Part shown: positions 44,842 to 52,464 of the stretch, piece after piece
How positions within the stretch are numbered: the first letter of the stretch is position 1
How the letters are laid out: every line of letters starts with the position of its first letter
DNA from: an uncultured Chloroflexia bacterium
GTDB lineage: Bacteria > Chloroflexota > Limnocylindria > Limnocylindrales > CSP1-4
Direction of reading: 5' to 3'
DNA: 64,000 nt
NCBI GenBank assembly: GCA_963725875.1
Contig: CAVRZZ010000003.1
Location: forward strand, 336,817-400,816
The notes under the pieces: generated by a model
Databases searched by the model: none
What the model was told of the DNA's origin: nothing
What the model saw: the letters and a program-made list of their open reading frames with translations, nothing else
Position numbers and translations under genes: made by a program

Positions 44842-46292
44842 GCCTCCGCCTCCTCCAGGCGACCGAGGGCCGAGGCGACCGGGCGCAGCTTGATCCGCGA
44901 CTCCTCCCACTCGAGCGCCGGGTCGGAGTCGGCGACGATGCCGCAGCCCGCGAAGAGCGTCGCCGCCCGGCCGTCGACCAGCCCGCACCGCAGGGCGACC
45001 ATCAGCTCACCGTCGCCGTCGGCGCCGAGCCAGCCCACGGGCCCGGCGTACCAGCCCCGGTCGAAGCCCTCGTGCTCGGCGATGAGGTCGAGCGCAGCGC
45101 CGCGCGGCTCGCCGCCGACGGCCGGCGTCGGGTGGAGGCGTTGCGCCAGCGCCAGGATGCCCGTCTCGTCGCGCAGCAGGCCCTCCATCGGCGTGACGAG
45201 GTGCTGGACGTGGCGAAGCGCGAGGATCCCGGGCTCGGGGGCCACCTCGAGGCGCTCCGCGATGGGCCGGAGGGCGTCGCGGAGCATCGCCACGACCACG
45301 GCGTGCTCCTCCCGGTCCTTGTCGCTCACGAGGAGGCCGGCGGCGAGCCGGGCATCCTCGGCGGCATCGGCTCCCCGCGGGGCAGAGCCGGCGATGGCAA
45401 CCGTGCGAAAAGCGCGTCCCTCCGTGCGGGCGAGCCGCTCGGGCGTCGCGCCGAGGAACGTCACGCCGTCCCGGACGAAGGCGAAGGTCGTGCTCTCCGG
45501 GCCCGCAGCCGCGAGGCGCCGCAGGGCGTTGAGCGGGTCGAGCTCGAGTGGCGAGAGGACGGCCACGCGGCGGGCCAGGACCACCTTGTCGAGGCGGCCG
45601 CGGCCCACCGCGCCCGCGAAGAGGCCGACGAGCCGGTCCCACGCGGCGCGGTCGGGCTGCTCCCCGGTGATCGCGAGCGGGGCGCCGGCCGGCCGGGCCA
45701 CGAGCGCGCCCGGCGCCGGCGTGAGCTCACGGGCCCGCGCGGCCAGCCTGTCCCAGAGCCGGGCGTGGGAGCGCGCCGACGAGCTCGCCCCGCCCACGGC
45801 CGCGGCCGTGACGAACGTCCCGTCGGCGGTGCGCGCGACCGCGAGGGCGGGCAGGACGAGCGAGGACGCCCCGAAAGCCGCCCACGCGTCGCCGGCGCCC
45901 GGGAGGGTGCCGGTGAACCCGAGGCCGCCGAGCAGCACGGGCCCTGCACCCCGCGGCAGGCCGGCAGGATCGCCCGCCGGGCCACCGAGCGCCGCCCCGT
46001 CCAGCAGCTCGCGCCAGGCGTGCGCTGCCGTCTCGAACCGGTCGGGCCCTGCCGGCTCGACGGCCCACGCCCGGCCGATCGCCACGATCGCCGTTCCCTC
46101 GGCCGGCTGCAGCCAGAGCCCGGCCTCCAGGTCCGCCTCGCGGGCCGCCGCGAAGAGCGCCAGCGGATCGACCTCCTCGACCCGCGCCGTGGCCGCCCGC
46201 AGGCGTCCCGGCGCGACCCCGGACAGCGCCTCGAGCGCCCGACCGAGGTCCTCGTCGCCGAGGTCGAGGCCAGGCCGGTCCACGACGGTCAT
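44838..46292 (-). CDS. menF: Isochorismate synthase (MenF)
   Basis: Chorismate-binding blocks 'KVVLARRV', 'TTFAFVRDGVTFLGATPERL', 'GGEPRGAALDLI', 'GWYAGPVGWL', 'ALRCGL', 'AGCGIVADSDPALEWEESRIK'. Confidence 0.9.
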   Translation of the reverse strand: MTVVDRPGLDLGDEDLGRALEALSGVAPGRLRAATARVEEVDPLALFAAAREADLEAGLWLQPAEGTAIVAIGRAWAVEPAGPDRFETAAHAWRELLDGAALGGPAGDPAGLPRGAGPVLLGGLGFTGTLPGAGDAWAAFGASSLVLPALAVARTADGTFVTAAAVGGASSSARSHARLWDRLAARARELTPAPGALVARPAGAPLAITGEQPDRAAWDRLVGLFAGAVGRGRLDKVVLARRVAVLSPLELDPLNALRRLAAAGPESTTFAFVRDGVTFLGATPERLARTEGRAFRTVAIAGSAPRGADAAEDARLAAGLLVSDKDREEHAVVVAMLRDALRPIAERLEVAPEPGILALRHVQHLVTPMEGLLRDETGILALAQRLHPTPAVGGEPRGAALDLIAEHEGFDRGWYAGPVGWLGADGDGELMVALRCGLVDGRAATLFAGCGIVADSDPALEWEESRIKLRPVASALGRLEEAEA

Positions 46293-46960
46293 CGGCCGGA
46301 CCCCCCCGCGCCCCAGGCGCCGCCGATCCGCGCCTCGGGAACCCCGACGCTCCGGAGCAGCAGCGCACGGAGCGTGGGATAGGCGTCCTCCAGGAGCCCG
46401 GGGTCGTCGGCGAGGAGCCAGCGGGCGACAACCTCGTTGAGGGCGCCGAACCAGGCCACGCCGGTGATCGCCGTGTCGATCGGCGGGATCGAGCCGTCGG
46501 CGACCGCCTCGTCGAGATACCCGGCGATGAGGCGCGCGAAGCGGTCGTGCAGGGCGTTCGTCTCGGCGTTGAACGCGCGGCCGGCGCCGAGGGCGTCGAG
46601 GAACAGGAGCCGGGCCATCGTGCGGTGCCCGGCGAACGTCGTCAGGACCGTGTGGAGCGCCGCTTCCGCCCTCGCGATGGGGTCGGTCTCGGCGGCCACT
46701 GCGCGGTCCACCTTCACCGCGAGCCGGTCCGCCGTCGAGCGCATCAGCTCGCGGAAGATCGCCTCCTTGGTCGCGAAGTGGAAGTAGACGCCGCCCTTGG
46801 AGGTGTCGGCGGCCGCGGCGATGTCGTCGACGGCCGTGTCGCGATACCCGCGGCGCGCGAAGGTGTTGAACGCGGCATCCAGGATCTGCTCGCGCCGCGT
46901 CCGGCTCTTCTCGGCCTGGGCCGTCGTCCGCGTGTCCGTCGTCCGCTTGTCGGTGGTCAT
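46289..46960 (-). CDS. TetR-family transcriptional regulator, first gene of the men operon
   Basis: HTH 'REQILDAAFNTFARRGYRDTAVDDIAAAADTSKGGVYFHFATKEAIF'. Its stop overlaps the menF start (ATGA). Confidence 0.85.
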   Translation of the reverse strand: MTTDKRTTDTRTTAQAEKSRTRREQILDAAFNTFARRGYRDTAVDDIAAAADTSKGGVYFHFATKEAIFRELMRSTADRLAVKVDRAVAAETDPIARAEAALHTVLTTFAGHRTMARLLFLDALGAGRAFNAETNALHDRFARLIAGYLDEAVADGSIPPIDTAITGVAWFGALNEVVARWLLADDPGLLEDAYPTLRALLLRSVGVPEARIGGAWGAGGSGR

Positions 46961-47077
46961 GGGCCGGCTCTCGTGCACCTTGCGTCGGATGACCCGCAAA
47001 ACCGACCGACCGGTCGGTTTGCTCACTATACGTCGTTCGGGGGCGCGCTCCCGGCGGATGCCCGGCACGCCCGCGCC

Positions 47078-48376
47078 TCACCCGGCGGGCAGCTCGAGGA
47101 CGAACCGGGCCCCGCCTCCGGAGCCGTCGGCCACCGTGAGGGTCCCCTCGTGCAGCTCGACGAGGCGGCGCGCGATCGCGAGGCCCAGCCCGGAGCCCGC
47201 GTCGGCACGCGACCGCGACCCAGGCATCCGGGCGAACGGCTCGAAGATCTTCTCGCGCATTGCCGCCGGCACGCCGGGCCCCTGGTCCACGACCTCCACG
47301 CGCCCACGCCGGTCCCCGACGACGGCTGCCGTCACGGCCACGGTCCCGCCCTCCGGCGAGTGCCGGAAGGCGTTGTCCAGGAGGATCAGCAGGACCTGCA
47401 GGAGGCGGTCGGGGTCGCCCTCCGCGGCGATCGGGGGCGCGACGTCGTCCGGCCCGACCAGGCGCAGGCCGCGGTCCTCGGCGAGGGGCGTGGCGCGCCG
47501 CACCGCGGTGCGCGCCAGCGCAACCAGGTCGAGCGGCGAGGTCTCGATTGCGAGCGCGCCCTGCTCCGACGCAGCCAGGGCGAGCAGGTCCTCGACGAGC
47601 CGTCCGAGCCGATCGGCCTCGCCCACGATGTCGGCGACCAGCGGGCGGCCAGCGGGCGCGACGAGCTCCTCGCGCTCGAGGACCTCGGCCGAGGACCGGA
47701 TCACCGCGGCGGGCGTCCGGATCTCGTGGGAGGCATCCGCGACGAAGCGCCGCTCGGTCTCGAAGGCCGCCCGGATCGGCACGAGGGCACGGCCGGTGAT
47801 CCACACCGTCGCCAGCGCCGCGCCGACGAGGCCGACCGCGCCGACCACGAGAATGGCGAGCATGAGCGCCTGCGTCTGCCGATCGTGGAGCGTGAGCACG
47901 ATCCCGGCCTGGAGCCAGCCGGTGATCGCATTGTCGTGCGTGACCGGCGCCGTCAGGAGGCGGACCCGGGTGCCGCCGGCGTCCACGGTCCGCAGGTCGC
48001 TCCCCGCCGCCCGGGCGGCAGACACCGCGGCCTGGTCGGGAAGCCCCTCCAGCGAGACCCCGGACGGGTTGGAGACCAGGGCGCCCGAGGCGTCCAGGAC
48101 GAGGTAGAACGTGTCCGACGCCTGCGGCACGTGGCTCTCGGAGTCCTCTCCGCCCTCGGTCTTGACCTCGCCATCGAGCTGCGCGAGGTACGCCGCCGAT
48201 GCCGCGGCCAGGGCACGGTCGACCTCCGAGCGCAGGATCGAGGTGCCGACGAGCGCCGTCGCGACGCCGATCGCCAGGACCAGGGTGCCGATGACCGCGA
48301 GCGTCCCGACGGCCAGCCGCCGTCGCGTCCGCGCCAGGAGCGCCGCGTTGGGGCCGGCGGCGGACGTCCTCCTCAC
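47078..48376 (-). CDS. Sensor histidine kinase (HisKA/HATPase_c; partner of the OmpR-family regulator)
   Basis: TM, extracytoplasmic region, TM, then 'FVADASHEIRTPAAVIRSSAEVL' and 'LLDNAFRHSP', 'DQGPGVP', 'GSGLGLAIARRLVELHEG'. GTG start overlaps the regulator stop. Confidence 0.8.
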   Translation of the reverse strand: MRRTSAAGPNAALLARTRRRLAVGTLAVIGTLVLAIGVATALVGTSILRSEVDRALAAASAAYLAQLDGEVKTEGGEDSESHVPQASDTFYLVLDASGALVSNPSGVSLEGLPDQAAVSAARAAGSDLRTVDAGGTRVRLLTAPVTHDNAITGWLQAGIVLTLHDRQTQALMLAILVVGAVGLVGAALATVWITGRALVPIRAAFETERRFVADASHEIRTPAAVIRSSAEVLEREELVAPAGRPLVADIVGEADRLGRLVEDLLALAASEQGALAIETSPLDLVALARTAVRRATPLAEDRGLRLVGPDDVAPPIAAEGDPDRLLQVLLILLDNAFRHSPEGGTVAVTAAVVGDRRGRVEVVDQGPGVPAAMREKIFEPFARMPGSRSRADAGSGLGLAIARRLVELHEGTLTVADGSGGGARFVLELPAG

Positions 48377-49065
48377 GAGGGGTCGACCCGGAGCGCATAG
48401 CCCACGCCGCGGACCGTCCGCACCAGGCGTTCGCGGCCGAGCTCCGCAAGCTTCCGGCGTACGTAGCTCACGTACAGGTCGACGACGTTGGAGTAGACGT
48501 CGGGCTCGGCGCCCCAGACCGCGTCGAGGATCTGCTGGCGCGTGACGACCCGGCCCTCGTGGCGGATGAGGTAGGCCAGGAGCGCGAACTCGCGCGCCGA
48601 CAGGTCGACCGCCCGCGTGCCGACGCGCGCGACGTGGCGCTCCTGGTCCAGCTCCAGGTCGCCGGCCGTGAGCGGGCCCGGCGCGCTGACGGCCGGGCGA
48701 CGGCCGAGGGCCCGGACCCGGGCGAGCAGCTCGGAGAAGGCGAAGGGCTTGCCGAGGTAGTCGTCGGCACCGGCGTCCAGGCCGGCGACCCGCTCGTCGA
48801 CACCGCCGAGCGCGGTCAGGATGAGTGCCGGGGTGGCCACCCCGCGCGAGCGGAGGAGGCGCAGGAGCTCGAGACCCTCCAGGTCGGGAAGCATGCGATC
48901 GAGCACCAGGACGTCGTACGGCTCGCCCGTGCCGCTCGCGAACGCGAGGGCGCTCACGCCGTCCGGGGCGAGGTCCACCGCGTGGTTCTCCGCCACCAGG
49001 ACGCGCCGGAGGAGCTCGCCCATCCGGGGCTCGTCTTCGACCACGAGGATCCGCATCGGCCCCAT
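48373..49065 (-). CDS. Response regulator, OmpR/PhoB family
   Basis: 'MRILVVEDEPRMGELL', 'DVLVLDRMLPDLEGLELLRLLR', winged-helix 'LSAREFALLAYLIRHEGRVVTRQQILDAVWG...VVDLYVSYVRRKL'. Start could be the ATG at 49056. Confidence 0.85.
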   Translation of the reverse strand: MGPMRILVVEDEPRMGELLRRVLVAENHAVDLAPDGVSALAFASGTGEPYDVLVLDRMLPDLEGLELLRLLRSRGVATPALILTALGGVDERVAGLDAGADDYLGKPFAFSELLARVRALGRRPAVSAPGPLTAGDLELDQERHVARVGTRAVDLSAREFALLAYLIRHEGRVVTRQQILDAVWGAEPDVYSNVVDLYVSYVRRKLAELGRERLVRTVRGVGYALRVDPS

Positions 49066-49214
49066 CCTCGCGGCCGTGCGGGCGACCGTCAACGGCCGGA
49101 GGGCATTCCTGTGAGAACGCACATCCCGGGCACATGAGGGGTTCAGCGTCACGCGCGACACTCGCAGCATCCCGAACCGATCGCGGGCTCGACCCGCCGC
49201 ACCGGAGCTGACCC

Positions 49215-49532
49215 ATGAACTCCTCCCCCACGCCTCGCAGGATCCCCGGAGCCAGCCGCCTCGGCCTGGCCGTGGCCGCCCTCGCCGCGGCCGGCACGTT
49301 CGCCGCGGCCGTCGTCGTCGCGGGCCTCCCCGCCGCCCCCACCGCCGATGCTGCGGCTACGGCCCCGACGACGTCCCAGGTCCTCGTCGACCCGACGACC
49401 GGCGAGCGGGTCGTGCTCGACACGGTCTACGTCGTCACGCCCGCGCCGGCCGCGGCCGCGCAGGCGCCGTCGGGGGGCGAGGACGAGCATGCCGACGGCC
49501 GCGAGCACGAGCACGAGGGCGGAGACGACTGA
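49215..49532 (+). CDS. Small secreted protein; function unknown
   Basis: Signal-like 'LGLAVAALAAAGTFAAAVVVAGLPAAPTADA', acidic His-rich tail 'EDEHADGREHEHEGGDD'. Divergent from the response regulator. Confidence 0.4.
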   Translation: MNSSPTPRRIPGASRLGLAVAALAAAGTFAAAVVVAGLPAAPTADAAATAPTTSQVLVDPTTGERVVLDTVYVVTPAPAAAAQAPSGGEDEHADGREHEHEGGDD

Positions 49533-49533
49533 C

Positions 49534-49980
49534 ATGGCCGTGCGACACGACCCCCAGGCACGGAAGGCCGCTCCTCCCCCTGTCCGCGCCTCCTCCCCGG
49601 CCGCCCCGACGGGCGGCCGGGGAGCCGACCTGCCGCCGCGCGGAGCCGACGTGCCGCGCCGGCGCCCCGACCCCCGTCCCATGCGCGTTGCCATCGCCGC
49701 CGGGGGCGTGGCGGCCATGTCGGCCCTGCTGGCTCTGATCGGCAGCTCGGCGCTGCCCACCACGGCGACGTCCTCCACCGCCGCCTCCGGCTCGCCCGGC
49801 GGCGGGGCCGGCGACGTCGCCCCAGTGCGGCACGTGGTCCGCTACGTCGTCCTCGCGCCCGGCCAGCAGCCCCCCGCGAACGCTACGACGCGCACGTCGC
49901 CGACGGTCGGCGCCCCCGTGGCGGCACCCCAGGTGCGCCAGCGGCCCGCGATCGTCACGAGCCAGTCGGGCAAGCCGTAG
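49534..49980 (+). CDS. Membrane-anchored protein, possible FMN-binding-domain flavinylation substrate
   Basis: ATG sits 1 nt after the preceding stop. TM 'MRVAIAAGGVAAMSALLALIGSSALP', followed by a 'TTATSSTAASGS' Ser/Thr tract. Immediately followed by apbE. The assignment rests on context only. Confidence 0.4.
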   Translation: MAVRHDPQARKAAPPPVRASSPAAPTGGRGADLPPRGADVPRRRPDPRPMRVAIAAGGVAAMSALLALIGSSALPTTATSSTAASGSPGGGAGDVAPVRHVVRYVVLAPGQQPPANATTRTSPTVGAPVAAPQVRQRPAIVTSQSGKP

Positions 49981-50970
49981 ATGCCGGCCGACGTGATGGC
50001 GACGCCCAGAACGCGGCCGTCGCCGGCGGAGCTGCCGCTCGAGCACACCACCCTCGCCGCACGGGCGATGGGCGGGCGGCTCGGCATCCACCTGGCGACC
50101 ACTCGCGGGGATCGCGCGACCGCCGCCCGGGATGCGCGCCGCGCGGCCGATCGCGTGGTCGCCTGGTCGCGGCTCCTCACGCGCCACGATCCCGGCTCGC
50201 CCCTGGTCCGCCTCAACGACGACCCGCGCGACGCCGTGCCCGTGGGACCGACCCTCGGCGCCGCGCTCGCGTGGGCCGACGACGCGGGCCTGATGACCGG
50301 CGGGCTCGTCGACGTCACGCGCCTCGCCGAACGCCTCGCGGCAGAAGCCGGCGACGCCGCCCTCGACGGCCCCGTCGCGCCGGCAGGCCAGTCCCCCGCG
50401 AGCTGGCGCGTCGACCGACGGGACCCGAGAACGGCCACGGTGGTCCGGGTTCCCGGCACGCGCTTCGACCTCGACGGCATCGGCAAGGGCTGGCTGGCGG
50501 ATCGCGCGCTGCGCCTCCTCGCGGGCCACCCGGGCGCCGTCGTGGACGCCGACGGCGACGTCGCGGCGCGGATCGCGCCCGGCGACCGGTGGGAGATCGG
50601 CGTGGCGGACCCGCGGAGCGACGACGCCATCCTGGCGCTGCTCGTGCTAGCCGACGAGCCCGGCACGTCCGCGCCGGGTCGCCGCACCTGGGGCGTGGCG
50701 ACCTCGGGCACGAGCATCCACCGTTTCGGCGTGCAGGCCCACCACCTGATCGACCCACGCACCGGTCGGCCCGCAGTGACGGACGTCGTCCAGGCGACGG
50801 TTGTCGCGTCCGGGGCGGCGGTGGCCGAGGTGTTTGCCAAGAGCGCCGTCATCCTCGGGTCCGCCGCTGGGCTCGACTTCCTCGACCGATCGGGCGTGGC
50901 CGGCGCGATCGTCCTCCTGGAGGACGGCAGGGTGCTCGCCCTGCCGCGCACCGCGGCGTTCCTCGCATGA
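49981..50970 (+). CDS. apbE: FAD:protein FMN transferase (ApbE family)
   Basis: 'TRFDLDGIGKGWLAD', 'GGLVDVTRL', 'WGVATSGTSIHRFG', 'HLIDPRTGRP'. Confidence 0.85.
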   Translation: MPADVMATPRTRPSPAELPLEHTTLAARAMGGRLGIHLATTRGDRATAARDARRAADRVVAWSRLLTRHDPGSPLVRLNDDPRDAVPVGPTLGAALAWADDAGLMTGGLVDVTRLAERLAAEAGDAALDGPVAPAGQSPASWRVDRRDPRTATVVRVPGTRFDLDGIGKGWLADRALRLLAGHPGAVVDADGDVAARIAPGDRWEIGVADPRSDDAILALLVLADEPGTSAPGRRTWGVATSGTSIHRFGVQAHHLIDPRTGRPAVTDVVQATVVASGAAVAEVFAKSAVILGSAAGLDFLDRSGVAGAIVLLEDGRVLALPRTAAFLA

Positions 50971-51704
50971 TCTACCGCGGCCTCGACCCCCGCCTGCGCC
51001 TGCTCCGCTGGGGCCTCTTCGGCCTCGCCGTCGCCTTCGTCCTGCTGGTGACGCTCCCGGCCGCCGCGGGGGCCCTCGTGCAGGTGGCGCAGACGGCCCC
51101 GGATCGCCTCCCGTGGGTCGCGACGCGCCTGATCGGGTTTCTCTCCTACTTCGCGGTCGCGGGCTCGGTCATCTACGGGCTCCTCCTGTCGACCAAGATC
51201 CTCGACGCCATCGCCCACCGTCCCGTGAGCTTCGCGCTCCACCAGGACCTGTCGGCGATCGGCCTGGGCCTGGCAGGCGTGCATGCCGTCCTGCTGGGCC
51301 TGGACGGGAAGGTGCCGTTCTCGCTGGTCGAGATGGTGGTGCCCTTCGCGGCCCCGTACCGGCCGCTCTGGGTCGGCGTGGGCCAGGTTGCGCTGTACCT
51401 GGTGGCGATCGTGTACGGCAGCTTCTACGTGCGGCGCCGGATCGGGCAGCGATCCTGGCGGGTGCTCCACTACGTCACGTTCCTCGCCTTCGCCGGGGCG
51501 ACGGCGCACGGCATCCTCTCGGGCACGGACAGCGGCACGGCCTGGGCCTGGTGGAGCTACGTCGTCGCGACCGCATCGGTCGTCTTCCTGACCGCCTACC
51601 GGATCATCCTCGCGATCGAGGCGCGCCGGGCGGTCTCCGGCGCTTCCGGATCAAGGCCCGCCCCTCGTCCCTCGCCCCTCGAACTCCGCGCTCCGGGCGG
51701 CTGA
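50967..51704 (+). CDS. Ferric-reductase-like transmembrane domain protein (six TM, bis-heme His pattern)
   Basis: ATGA overlap with the apbE stop. His residues spaced inside TM helices ('LHQDLSAIGLGLAGVHAVLLGL', 'LHYVTFLAFAGATAHGILSG'). Confidence 0.65.
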   Translation: MIYRGLDPRLRLLRWGLFGLAVAFVLLVTLPAAAGALVQVAQTAPDRLPWVATRLIGFLSYFAVAGSVIYGLLLSTKILDAIAHRPVSFALHQDLSAIGLGLAGVHAVLLGLDGKVPFSLVEMVVPFAAPYRPLWVGVGQVALYLVAIVYGSFYVRRRIGQRSWRVLHYVTFLAFAGATAHGILSGTDSGTAWAWWSYVVATASVVFLTAYRIILAIEARRAVSGASGSRPAPRPSPLELRAPGG

Positions 51705-51971
51705 GCCCGGCCGCGCGACCCGCGGCGAGACGGCTCGGCGGCACGAGCACGGCCGTGCTCGACACCTTCTACGGCTTCTTCTCGCCGGGAAGCTCCCCGC
51801 GGAAGAGCTCGTGCCCGCGGCGGGCGCCCGGGTCCTGCTCCACGCGTTCCTGCAGGACGCCTGCCGCTTCATCTCATCCGGATGGTGCGACGCGCATACC
51901 GCGGTGCCATCATTCGCGGCAGGCGCGGCAGGCGCGCACGAGGGGATCGACACCAGACCCGGAGGTACCGA

Positions 51972-52436
51972 GTGCGCGAGATCGTGGGCTTCGTGATGGG
52001 GGCCGCTGCCGGAGCCGCGGGCGCGCTGTTCGCCACGTCGACCGAGGGCCGGGCGCTGATCGAGCGCCTGCGGGAGGAGGCGCGGCCGGAGGTCGATCGC
52101 GCGGCGACCGAGTGGGAGCCGGTGCTGAAGGAGGTCGCGCGGGCCGTCCGGCTCGCCGCTCGTGAGGTGGAGACGGCGACCGCCGACCTGCGCACCCGCA
52201 TCGGGGAGATCGCCGCGGCGCTGCCCGACGACGATCTGGCCGCCGCCCCGGCCGGAGACGACCTGGTCGCGGTGTCGACGGCGGCCGCACCGGTTGAGCT
52301 CGGGACACGGACGGCAGGCAAGGGAGGCGTGGGGCCCCGTGCAGTCGAGGCCCCCGTGGAGGCGTCGGCGCGCGACGACGCGAACCCCACGCTCGACGCC
52401 GGCGCCTCCGGCATCGACCCCCAGCCCGGCGCCTAG
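51972..52436 (+). CDS. Hypothetical protein (small membrane anchor plus coiled-coil region)
   Basis: GTG start with GGAGG 6 nt upstream. 'VREIVGFVMGAAAGAAGALFA' then a charged helical region. Confidence 0.4.
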   Translation: MREIVGFVMGAAAGAAGALFATSTEGRALIERLREEARPEVDRAATEWEPVLKEVARAVRLAAREVETATADLRTRIGEIAAALPDDDLAAAPAGDDLVAVSTAAAPVELGTRTAGKGGVGPRAVEAPVEASARDDANPTLDAGASGIDPQPGA

Positions 52437-52464
52437 GCGCCCACCGAGCCCGGAGGCCGCCCCG

